This document shows positions 56,355 through 64,000 of a stretch of DNA of 64,000 bases, piece after piece. Numbering within the stretch: position 1 is the first letter of the stretch; each line of letters starts with the position of its first letter. The notes beneath the pieces are model-generated. The model did not search any database. It saw only the letters and a list, made by a program, of their open reading frames with translations, and was not told the origin of the DNA. The translations under genes were made by a program, and so were the position numbers. Location: positions 77,707 through 141,706 of the forward strand of contig PYIZ01000043.1 of assembly GCA_003635265.1 (NCBI GenBank), written 5' to 3'. Source of the stretch: Candidatus Poribacteria bacterium. GTDB lineage: Bacteria; Poribacteria; WGA-4E; PCPOR2b.

Positions 56355-58844
56355 ATGCGATTGAGTTTAATTTTCTCCCTCGTGTATTTCTGTATCATTG
56401 GGAGCAGTTTTGAAGGCACGGTCTATGCTGCGGAGGATTCGCATCCACACGAAGCAGCTCTCAAGAACCCCGATGGGACATGGAAATGGACGAATGCGCT
56501 TATCGGTGAAACAAGCCCTTACCTGCTTCTACACGCCCATAATCCGGTTGACTGGTATCCGTGGGGTCCTGAAGCGTTGGACCGAGCGAAGGCTGAAAAC
56601 AAACCGATTTTCCTCTCTGTGGGTTACTCCACTTGCTACTGGTGTCACGTCATGGAGCGGAAGGTATTCTCAGATCCAGAGATAGCCGATCTGATGAACA
56701 CGCTGTTTATTAACATCAAAGTGGACAGGGAAGAACGACCAGATATAGATGAGATTTACATGACCGCCACCCAAATCATGACGGGATCTGGCGGTTGGCC
56801 CAACTCCGTTTTTTTAACGCCTGACCTCCTCCCCTTTTTCGGGGGAACTTACTTCCCGCCGGAAGATAGTCGTGGTCGTCCCGGCTTCCCGAGAGTCTTA
56901 AACGCACTTCATGAGGTGTGGACGAATCAACAAGCAGAGGTCATCGCACAGGCGGAGAAGATAACAGAAGTCATCATACAGGCAACGGCTGCCGCCCCGC
57001 CTTCCGTCGGTGAAGCGTCGTTGGATAGGAAGCTGATTTCAGCAGCGGTGAAAGCACTGCGATCGAGGTATGACACCACAAACGGTGGCTTCGGTGGTGC
57101 GCCAAAGTTTCCCAGTCCCACAAATCTTGAACTGTTGCTGAACGAATATCAGCGTGAATCTTCCGCATCGATCCTTGAGATGGTCACCAACACCCTCGAC
57201 AAGATGGCGCATGGCGGGATGTATGATCAGATTGGCGGCGGTTTCCATCGTTACTCGGTTGATGCCAAGTGGCTTGTGCCACATTTTGAGAAGATGCTGT
57301 ATGACAACGCCCTACTCGCGAAAGTCTACCTGCAAACTTATCAACTGACGAAAAATCCGCTCCACCGACGGGTAGCCGAGGAGATTTTCAGGTTCGTTTC
57401 ACGAGAGATGACATCTGTGGAGGGCGGTTTCTACTCAGCACTCGATGCGGAAGTGGATGCGGAAGAAGGCAAATCCTACGTCTGGACAAAAGAACAAATT
57501 CAAAAGGTCCTTGGGAAAAAGGATGCCAAACTGTTCATGCAGGTCTACGGGGTGGACGAGGGCCCCAACTTTGAAGGTGGCACCAATATCCTCTACCTTC
57601 CCACCCCAATCTCCACTGTCGCAAAATCGCTCAAAAAGTCGGAAAATGACCTCCACAGTCAACTTGAACCACTTAAAGCGAAACTACTCGCGGCACGGGA
57701 CCAACGGACGCAACCTCTACTCGACACGAAAGTAATCACAAGTTGGAATGGGTTGATGATTGACGCTTTCGCCTACGGCTACGAAGTGCTCGACGATAAA
57801 CGGTATCGCGATGTGGCGGAGAAAGCTGCCCGGTTTAACCTAAAACATCTTCGGGCAGCCGATGGACAATTGATGCGAACCTATAGGGATGGTATTGCCA
57901 AATACAACGGCTACCTCGATGATTATGCCTTTCTGGTTCGTGGGTTGCTGGGTTTACATCAGGCAACGGATGAGGAAATTTGGTTGAATGAAGCAAAGTC
58001 GTTAACCGACACAATGGATCAGCTATTTTGGGATGACAAAAACGGTGGTTTCTACTTCACGCTTGCCAATCAAGAACATCTGGTTGTACGCACCAAGAAT
58101 CCGTATGACTCCGCTCTCCCATCGGGGAATGCTGTAGCAGTCAATAACCTGCTCACGCTTGCACAGCATCTTGGCGAAAAGGATTATCTGGATAAGGCGG
58201 AAAAAACGCTTCAGAATTTCGCAGGCATGATGGCACAGTCACCCGGTGCTTTCATGCACATGCTTTTTGCGACCAATCGCTATCTCTCGACGGATCGGAC
58301 CAAAATCAGGACAACACATCAGGAACAGTCAAATCAATCTGGCTTGAACACAGCAGAAACGAGCAAGATTGACCTCTTTGGACTGCCGAAAGCCCCGGTG
58401 GATTTACCTTCAGAGGACGAATTGTTGACGCTTGCAGCTTCTATACCCTCGACAGGGGATATCCTCCCCGGCAACGCCTTTGATGTGGAGGTGAAGATTG
58501 AACTCGCTGAAGGGTGGCATATCAACGCCAATCCCTCTTCGTGGGATCTGTTAATTCCTACAACTGTGTCCGTCAGTCCTGATACTTCCGTCGAAATCTT
58601 GTCGGTCACATACCCCAAGGGGAAGCCGTTCCAAGCAGATTGGAGAGATACTCCAATTTCCATCTATGAAGACGATGCCACGGTCAAAATGAAATTGAAG
58701 TTGAAGCCGGGTGAAACAATCGAAAAAGCGTTTCCGTTGAAGATAAATGTTCGCTATCAGGCGTGTGATGCGCATCGGTGCACCCCACCGTCAACCGCAA
58801 CAATTCCGCTCTGGGTGAACACTTACGAGAAAAGTTCCAACTGA
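56355..58844 (+). CDS. secreted thioredoxin-fold DUF255/YyaL-like protein with a C-terminal DsbD-alpha-like domain
   Basis: Signal peptide, '[16 protein letters not shown]', a central alpha/alpha-toroid-like region, and C-terminal 'GWHINANP...[12 protein letters not shown]'. Confidence 0.75.
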   Translation: MRLSLIFSLVYFCIIGSSFEGTVYAAEDSHPHEAALKNPDGTWKWTNALIGETSPYLLLHAHNPVDWYPWGPEALDRAKAENKPIFLSVGYSTCYWCHVMERKVFSDPEIADLMNTLFINIKVDREERPDIDEIYMTATQIMTGSGGWPNSVFLTPDLLPFFGGTYFPPEDSRGRPGFPRVLNALHEVWTNQQAEVIAQAEKITEVIIQATAAAPPSVGEASLDRKLISAAVKALRSRYDTTNGGFGGAPKFPSPTNLELLLNEYQRESSASILEMVTNTLDKMAHGGMYDQIGGGFHRYSVDAKWLVPHFEKMLYDNALLAKVYLQTYQLTKNPLHRRVAEEIFRFVSREMTSVEGGFYSALDAEVDAEEGKSYVWTKEQIQKVLGKKDAKLFMQVYGVDEGPNFEGGTNILYLPTPISTVAKSLKKSENDLHSQLEPLKAKLLAARDQRTQPLLDTKVITSWNGLMIDAFAYGYEVLDDKRYRDVAEKAARFNLKHLRAADGQLMRTYRDGIAKYNGYLDDYAFLVRGLLGLHQATDEEIWLNEAKSLTDTMDQLFWDDKNGGFYFTLANQEHLVVRTKNPYDSALPSGNAVAVNNLLTLAQHLGEKDYLDKAEKTLQNFAGMMAQSPGAFMHMLFATNRYLSTDRTKIRTTHQEQSNQSGLNTAETSKIDLFGLPKAPVDLPSEDELLTLAASIPSTGDILPGNAFDVEVKIELAEGWHINANPSSWDLLIPTTVSVSPDTSVEILSVTYPKGKPFQADWRDTPISIYEDDATVKMKLKLKPGETIEKAFPLKINVRYQACDAHRCTPPSTATIPLWVNTYEKSSN

Positions 58845-58903
58845 AATATATCGGGTGAGTGTTTGTAAAAGCGAACCCCTAACCCAATTATAGGAGGCCT
58901 ATC

Positions 58904-59686
58904 ATGGATCTGGGATTAACCGGAAAGGTTGCTGTCATCACAGGCGGCAGTGAAGGTATTGGCAAGGGCATCGCCCAACGGCTCTGCGAAGAGGGCGCGA
59001 AGGTTGCCATCTGTGCGCGTCGTGAGGATGTCTTAGAAGACGCGGCGCAGGAAATTCGTGACGCAACGGGCGGTGAAGTGCTCGCCGTTGCCGCTGATGT
59101 GACAATCGCCGGAACACTGGAAAATTTCATCAACCAAACGGTTGATGCGTACGGAAAGATTGACATTCTGGTCAATAACGCTGGGAAGTCTGCGGGCGGA
59201 AATTTTGAACAGGTCACCGATGCGGAATGGTACGAGGATCTCGATCTCAAGCTGATGGGAGCGGTGCGCTGTGCGCGGTTGGCTATCCCTCACATGAGAC
59301 CAACGGGTGGCGGACGGATTATCAATATCACCCACCCCGGCGGCAAACAGCCGGACGCAGGTTCTGTCCCAACCTCTGTCAGTCGAGCGGCAGGCATTGC
59401 GATGACAAAAGCGCTCTCCAAAGAGTTGCTCGCCGACAAGATTCTTGTCAACACGGTCTGCTTGACCTCGATCAAGAGCGCACAGGGTGAACGTTCTTGG
59501 AGGGCGGACGGCTCGCCCGGCACGATTGACGAGTATTGGGAAGCAAGGGGAGCGGAGCATCCGCTCGGTCGCTTGGGTGAACCGACTGAGGTCGGTGATC
59601 TCGTCGCTTTCCTCGTCTCAGATCGCGCTTCGTATATAACAGGGACGGCGATCAATATCGACGGAGGATTATCGGCAGTTGTTTAG
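58904..59686 (+). CDS. short-chain dehydrogenase/reductase family protein (atypical active-site segment)
   Basis: 'TGGSEGIGKG' and 'NNAG'. The expected YxxxK position reads 'TSVSR'. Confidence 0.8.
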   Translation: MDLGLTGKVAVITGGSEGIGKGIAQRLCEEGAKVAICARREDVLEDAAQEIRDATGGEVLAVAADVTIAGTLENFINQTVDAYGKIDILVNNAGKSAGGNFEQVTDAEWYEDLDLKLMGAVRCARLAIPHMRPTGGGRIINITHPGGKQPDAGSVPTSVSRAAGIAMTKALSKELLADKILVNTVCLTSIKSAQGERSWRADGSPGTIDEYWEARGAEHPLGRLGEPTEVGDLVAFLVSDRASYITGTAINIDGGLSAVV

Positions 59687-59698
59687 TTACGGCGTGAT

Positions 59699-59742
59699 GC
59701 GTGAAACGTGATAGGCGCGGTTCTTCACGTTTTACGCTTTTT
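59699..59742 (+). terminator. rho-independent terminator candidate built from heptamer repeats
   Basis: 13-bp stem (59699-59711 / 59725-59737, one G-U), a 13-nt loop, then TTTTT. It lies 13 nt after the SDR stop. Confidence 0.6.
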
Positions 59743-59757
59743 AGATGCACAGTAATG

Positions 59758-59838
59758 GTCGGGAATCGGAATTCCCTCTTACACAACTTCTAGAGAATTG
59801 GATGTTGGGTTTCACGGTTCCCGCTCAACCCAACCTAC
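59758..59838. repeat. family A core (59758-59782) plus a REP-like hairpin ending in CTAC (59804-59838)
   Basis: GTCGGGAATCGGAATTCCCTCTTAC; gttgggtt-(15 nt)-aacccaac-ctac. Confidence 0.55.
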
Positions 59839-59865
59839 GCGTTGCCTACGTGGACTTGCTGTCGC

Positions 59866-61839
59866 CTAATCATCAACGACATACCGCAACATCACCCCAA
59901 GATCTCCGACAATCCAGCCAGTTTCAGCGTCTGCCATATAAATCGAATTCAGGTTATAGTGGCTTTCGCACCTTTGCGGTCGCCAGTTCTCACCACCATC
60001 AAGGGTTCGGATAACTGTGCCTTCGCCACCGACCACCCAACCCAAGTTCGCATTGAGGAAGAAGACACTATTGAGGAAACTGTCCACGTAGCTCTTTTGA
60101 CGTTTCCATGTGCGCCCTCCATCGGTAGTGTGGATAACCAACCCATCGATTCCAACGACCCAACCGTTTAGATAGTCTGTGAAGTAAACCCCCGATAGCC
60201 AGACCTCTCCGAGTTGGGCTTGTACCTCCCACTTGCGACCGCCGTTTCGTGTGTGCAGAATCACACCGCCCTGCCCTACAACCCAACCGTTTTGAGTGTC
60301 GATAAAGTGAACCCCAAAGAGATGACGGTTGACACCGCTGCGCTGTTTACCCCACGTTTTGCCGCCGTCCGCGGTGTGCAAAATCTCCCCGCTGTGACCA
60401 ATTGCCCACCCGTGCTGTGGATCCACGAAGGAGACACCAAGGAGGTCATTTTCCGTATTCGCCTCTTGCTGTAACCACGTTTTGCCACCATCGGTAGTAT
60501 GACAAATGGTCCCCCATTCGGCAACGCTCCAGCCAACCTTGTCGTTGATAAAATGCGTTGATCCAAAGCATTCCATCGTTCCGCTATCTTGCGACTGCCA
60601 GTGCAACCCACCGTCGTTTGTACGAAGAACTTCCCCACGGTCACCCACCGCATATCCAACCTTATTGCTGACAAAATGGAGATCTGTGAGCAGATAGCTA
60701 GGTGCGGATTGAAGTTCCCACGTTCTCCCGCCGTTCTTGGTGTGCCAAATCGTCCCAAACTCCCCGACAGTCCAACCGAGTTGAGAATTGACGAAATGGA
60801 CACCGAGCAGAACCACATCCGCTCCGACCAGTTGTGTCGCCCCGCCCCGCTGATGCTTCCATGTCTTCCCGCCATCGTTGGTGTGCAGGATGGCGCCCAA
60901 GTCACCAACGATCCAACCGTTCTCGGCATCAGGGAAATGGAGTGCGTATAGGAGGAAGGTGTGGAGCGGTTCAGCCCCGGTTCTTATCTGCTGGCCGTAT
61001 TGCTCTTCATGGCGTTTATTTGAGCCTCGCGTTAGGTACTCCCAATTCCTGCCCCCATCCTTTGTGGCAAGCACTATCCGTCTGTCGCCAGCGATCCAGC
61101 CACGATTCTCATCGACAAAGTGGACATCAGACAACTCGTAGCGGACATTCGTTCTCTGGTACGTCCAGCGTTTTCCTCCGTCGCGTGTATAGTAGGCGTT
61201 GCCTTGGTGGCTAACAGTCCAGCCTTGACGGGCATTGAGGAAAAATACACCCCGCAGCGAGTTTTCACCAACCCCTTCTGACCGATTTACCCAATTCTGT
61301 CCGCCATCCTTCGTGTATAACACTGTCCCGAAATCACCCACAATCCAACCCTCTTGGGCTGAGACGAAGTGGAGATCAAACAGGTTATTATATGTATCAA
61401 CGGATTGTCGTTCCCACGTCTCTCCGCCATTTTTTGTGTGTAGGATGATACCACTTTCACCGACGCACCACCCAGTTTGGCGATCGACAAACCGCACCGC
61501 TCGCAGCGGATGGTAGACGCCGCTCTGTTGTGGCTGCCACGTTACCCCACCATCCGTTGTATGGGCGATCACGCTGTCGAGTTCCTCTGCGAATGTACTT
61601 CCCGCGTTATTGCCAACGATCCATCCGGTGCGCTCGTCAATGAAGAATACACTGTAGAATCGCGCTTCCCAATCTGCACGCCGGACGATTTCCCAGCGAC
61701 CGGGCTTGGGAGCTTGATCCCTTGAACAGCCAATGCCTCCACCAACAACCATCACGATGAGAAATATGAAGTGATACGTGATACGTGATACGTGATTGAA
61801 AGGGTTCTTGATCTGTTGATCTGTTTTCACGTTGGACAT
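59866..61839 (-). CDS. BNR/Asp-box multi-propeller protein (Ycf48-like repeats), lipoprotein-like N-terminus
   Basis: 13 repeats of 'T.(D/N)GG..W'. The N-terminus 'FNHVSRITYHFIFLIVMVVGGGIGC' is partly encoded by the (GTGATAC)n array at 61771-61796. Confidence 0.75.
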   Translation of the reverse strand: MSNVKTDQQIKNPFNHVSRITYHFIFLIVMVVGGGIGCSRDQAPKPGRWEIVRRADWEARFYSVFFIDERTGWIVGNNAGSTFAEELDSVIAHTTDGGVTWQPQQSGVYHPLRAVRFVDRQTGWCVGESGIILHTKNGGETWERQSVDTYNNLFDLHFVSAQEGWIVGDFGTVLYTKDGGQNWVNRSEGVGENSLRGVFFLNARQGWTVSHQGNAYYTRDGGKRWTYQRTNVRYELSDVHFVDENRGWIAGDRRIVLATKDGGRNWEYLTRGSNKRHEEQYGQQIRTGAEPLHTFLLYALHFPDAENGWIVGDLGAILHTNDGGKTWKHQRGGATQLVGADVVLLGVHFVNSQLGWTVGEFGTIWHTKNGGRTWELQSAPSYLLTDLHFVSNKVGYAVGDRGEVLRTNDGGLHWQSQDSGTMECFGSTHFINDKVGWSVAEWGTICHTTDGGKTWLQQEANTENDLLGVSFVDPQHGWAIGHSGEILHTADGGKTWGKQRSGVNRHLFGVHFIDTQNGWVVGQGGVILHTRNGGRKWEVQAQLGEVWLSGVYFTDYLNGWVVGIDGLVIHTTDGGRTWKRQKSYVDSFLNSVFFLNANLGWVVGGEGTVIRTLDGGENWRPQRCESHYNLNSIYMADAETGWIVGDLGVMLRYVVDD

Positions 61840-61995
61840 ATCCTTTGCTAAAATATTTATACAAATCGACGCGAATTCATTATTTTTCTGCGACGATGTG
61901 ATTATCCCATAGGTTTATCGAATCTTGCGTGCAAGCCCCCACCTCTTTAGAGTGGGGAGGTAGCACGCCAAACGGTGTTAGTTAGCAAAAAAGTG

Positions 61996-62024
61996 TTGAG
62001 TTTGTAGGTAGAATATGGTATACT
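61996..62024 (+). promoter_or_regulatory. sigma70-like promoter candidate inside the IS left end
   Basis: TTGAGT, a 17-nt spacer, then TATACT. Confidence 0.4.
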
Positions 62025-62094
62025 TGTCTTGGCTTTCGTGAGGGAATGTCGCACCGTCGCTTGGCGGTGTCCTTCACATCCTACGACATAGGAG

Positions 62095-63246
62095 ATGAAA
62101 GCCAGAAAGCTATCCATAATGAAAATCTACAAGTTTAAGTTGTACTCCAATCACGGCAATCGTGAGTTGCATAAGACGATAGATGGTCATGCTCACGTCT
62201 GGAATCATTGCGTCGCGCTCCAGCGACGGTACTATGCCATTTATGGCAAATATATCAGCAAGTTCAGGTTGATAAACCATATCTCCAAACTGAAGCGAAC
62301 CAACCGATTTGCCCATTGGAATCAACTACCCAGTCAAGCGATACAAGACGTAGCAGCACGCATCGACAAAGGCTACTGTGCAATGTTTGAGGCGCGTGCT
62401 TCAGGCAAGAGATGGGGCAGACCCCGTTTCAAGCCACGTCGCAAGTATAAGTCCTTCACATTGCTTCAGGCAGGTTGGCAACTGCTACCGGGCAATCGCA
62501 TCAAAATAGGAAAGTTTACCTACTCCTATTTTAAGTCCCGTGATGTGTTTGGCAATCCGAAACGCTGTACCATTAAACGAGACGCTATCGGTGATGTCTA
62601 TATCTGTATCTTAACAGACTACGAGGAACCCGACTTAAATCGAGTCATGACGGGTAAAATCGCAGGCTTCGATTTTGGTCTGAAAAGGTATCTCACCGGT
62701 CATAACGGACACGATATAGACTCTCCTGAGTTTTTCAAAAACAGCCTCAACGCTATCAAGCGCGTCAATGGCAACCATTCACGCAAACGTAAAGGTTCAA
62801 ATAACCGTGAACGTGCAAGGCTTGACTTGGCACGGAAACACCGCAAGATTGAACGCCAACGGGAGGATTTCCACTGGAAGTTGGCACACCAACTGACTGA
62901 TGAATACGACGAGATACGGCTTGAGGACTTGAATCTACAGGGTATGAAAGCCCTTTGGGGGCGTAAGGTCAGTGACTTGGGCTTTGCTGATTTTGTCAAG
63001 AAGTTGGTGTATATCGCCAAGAGAAAAGGTGTTAAAATCAAGTTCATTGATAAGTGGTATCCTTCGTCTAAGACTTGTTCGGCTTGCAGGGTTGTTAATG
63101 AGGCGTTGAATCTGCGTGATAGAAACTGGCAGTGTAAGGATTGCGGCGCGACACATGATAGAGACTGCAACGCTGCAATTAACATTTTTCGGGTAGGGGC
63201 ATCTACCCATGAAGGAGAAGTTGTAAGTCCCGGTTCGCCGGGCTAA
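62095..63246 (+). CDS. tnpB: TnpB (IS200/IS605 OrfB) RNA-guided nuclease family protein
   Basis: 'YKFKLYSN' start (the likely true ATG is at 62119), RuvC residues D in 'GFDFGLK', E in 'IRLEDLN' and D in 'HDRDCNAAINI', and a zinc finger 'CSAC...CKDC'. Confidence 0.85.
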   Translation: MKARKLSIMKIYKFKLYSNHGNRELHKTIDGHAHVWNHCVALQRRYYAIYGKYISKFRLINHISKLKRTNRFAHWNQLPSQAIQDVAARIDKGYCAMFEARASGKRWGRPRFKPRRKYKSFTLLQAGWQLLPGNRIKIGKFTYSYFKSRDVFGNPKRCTIKRDAIGDVYICILTDYEEPDLNRVMTGKIAGFDFGLKRYLTGHNGHDIDSPEFFKNSLNAIKRVNGNHSRKRKGSNNRERARLDLARKHRKIERQREDFHWKLAHQLTDEYDEIRLEDLNLQGMKALWGRKVSDLGFADFVKKLVYIAKRKGVKIKFIDKWYPSSKTCSACRVVNEALNLRDRNWQCKDCGATHDRDCNAAINIFRVGASTHEGEVVSPGSPG

Positions 63247-63345
63247 CTTTGTTGATAGCACAATTCTACTCCCGATGGGGTGACGGATAAGAATCCCACC
63301 CTTTAGGGTGTGGGAGTATGTCAATCGAGGCGATTGGTTCTTGTC
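63150..63345 (+). ncRNA. inferred omega-RNA (reRNA): the tnpB 3' end plus the right-end scaffold, with about 20 nt of flank as guide
   Basis: By analogy with characterised TnpB systems. The right-end hairpin and conserved tail end at 63324, and the putative guide begins 'tcgaggcgattggttc'. The boundaries are not determinable by eye. Confidence 0.3.
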
Positions 63346-63407
63346 CCTAGTAGAAAAATTCAAATCTCTTTATGAACGATTTTGCCGGATAGTTCGTCTA
63401 ATAGGAT

Positions 63408-64000
63408 ATGCGAAATGCAGTCCAAAATCAACCTGAACAAATTATTCAGAATAAATTATCTGCCATCCAACGTCGAATACAGATTGAGGGGATCCTCCAG
63501 AATCTGGCGACATTTAACCTCTGGGGGCTTCTGGTCGCTGGGATATTGCTTGTAGCGGACCGATTTTTTCCTCTACCGCTACCGATTGGATTTGCAATTG
63601 CCCTGCCGATCGTTATTGCAAGCGCCATCGCGGTTGGCTTAAGATTGATGCGGAAGATAGATCCGCTTGAGGTTGCTCGCTTTGTAGATCAACGCCTCAA
63701 CCTGAAGGAACGTCTCGGCACCGCCCTTGAGGCAATAGATCGGCGGGAAACAGGCGATTTTGCTATTTTGCAGATTCGTGATACTGCACGGGCAGCCCAA
63801 GGGATCCTCCCTGCTGCTGTGGTCTCCTACACGGTCCCACGGGCTCTCAAATGGTTTTCGCTCCCCATGTTGCTAGTTGGGCTTTCGTTCTTCATCCCGC
63901 GCATGTATGAAGTCGTCCCTCCGCCGAATCTCTCAGAGCAGATGGCTATTCAAGAAGCTGCAGCAAGGCTTGAAGGAGCGGTTAGCGGCGGTAACAAGTC
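63408..64000 (+). CDS. hypothetical membrane protein, 3'-truncated by the window edge
   Basis: Open frame from the ATG at 63408 to the window end (absent from the ORF track because it has no stop). It has two hydrophobic helices: 'LWGLLVAGILLVA' and 'IGFAIALPIVIASAIAVGL'. Confidence 0.5.
   Translation, partial: MRNAVQNQPEQIIQNKLSAIQRRIQIEGILQNLATFNLWGLLVAGILLVADRFFPLPLPIGFAIALPIVIASAIAVGLRLMRKIDPLEVARFVDQRLNLKERLGTALEAIDRRETGDFAILQIRDTARAAQGILPAAVVSYTVPRALKWFSLPMLLVGLSFFIPRMYEVVPPPNLSEQMAIQEAAARLEGAVSGGNK

Larger units (their letters stand above)
61900..63324 (+). mobile_element. IS200/IS605-family, tnpB-only (IS1341-like) element; the left boundary is approximate
   Basis: Left-end hairpin at 61937-61957 (ccccacctc-ttta-gagtgggg) and a similar right-end hairpin at 63295-63314. 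The right end ends in TCAA at 63321-63324. No Y1 transposase gene is present. Confidence 0.6.

Noticed and set aside
61840-63407. A search for a Y1 transposase (tnpA) next to tnpB.
   Set aside because: No additional ORF of suitable size exists on either side, and no HUH or Y1 motif was seen. The element is treated as tnpB-only.

Overview
The window is a 64-kb bacterial chromosomal segment with about 50 densely packed protein genes and one tRNA. All family calls come from reading motifs in the supplied translations, not from database searches.

Gene content:
- The genes are mostly metabolic or envelope-related. They include two Cys-type sulfatases flanking a PHP-like hydrolase, two PhyH-family dioxygenases, two enolase-superfamily enzymes, and an FGGY kinase with TIM-barrel isomerases.
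- Other calls are an MFS / Zn-ADH / PhnA-like trio, a fused SecDF, apt, uppS, M16, M48 and M55 peptidases, and an ABC ATPase with a giant FtsX-type permease.
- There is also a sensor kinase with a sigma54-dependent response regulator, a TonB-dependent receptor, an MIP channel, an FAH-family enzyme, an MBL-fold hydrolase, a bicupin and an SDR.
- Two large secreted proteins carry a C-terminal sorting domain of the type I associate with type IX secretion (T9SS).
- This content resembles uncultivated marine or sponge-associated lineages (Poribacteria- or FCB-like). That is only a guess.

Accessory and unusual items:
1. A tnpB-only IS200/IS605-type element lies at about 61.9-63.3 kb. It has matching left-end and right-end hairpins and an inferred omega-RNA. 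A diverged orphan copy of its right end sits at 3.69-3.75 kb.
2. A GrdB/PrdB-family gene has an in-frame UGA, a U-x-x-C motif and a hairpin where a bacterial SECIS is expected. The ORF track splits this gene.
3. A visibly AT-rich type II restriction-modification island has a controller protein.
4. Two paralogous membrane-anchored micro-proteins are built from 21-nt tandem repeats.
5. The intergenic repeat repertoire is very rich: MITE-like elements with terminal inverted repeats, about-52-nt tandem units around a GCCCCGCTGGGGC hairpin, GTAG-headed REP-like hairpins, and 7- and 8-nt short tandem repeats. The heptamer repeats also encode the N-termini of two lipoprotein-like proteins.
6. An orphan HicB-like antitoxin gene is present.

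I found no CRISPR array, rRNA, reverse transcriptase or cas genes, and no obvious multi-gene defence operon beyond the R-M system.
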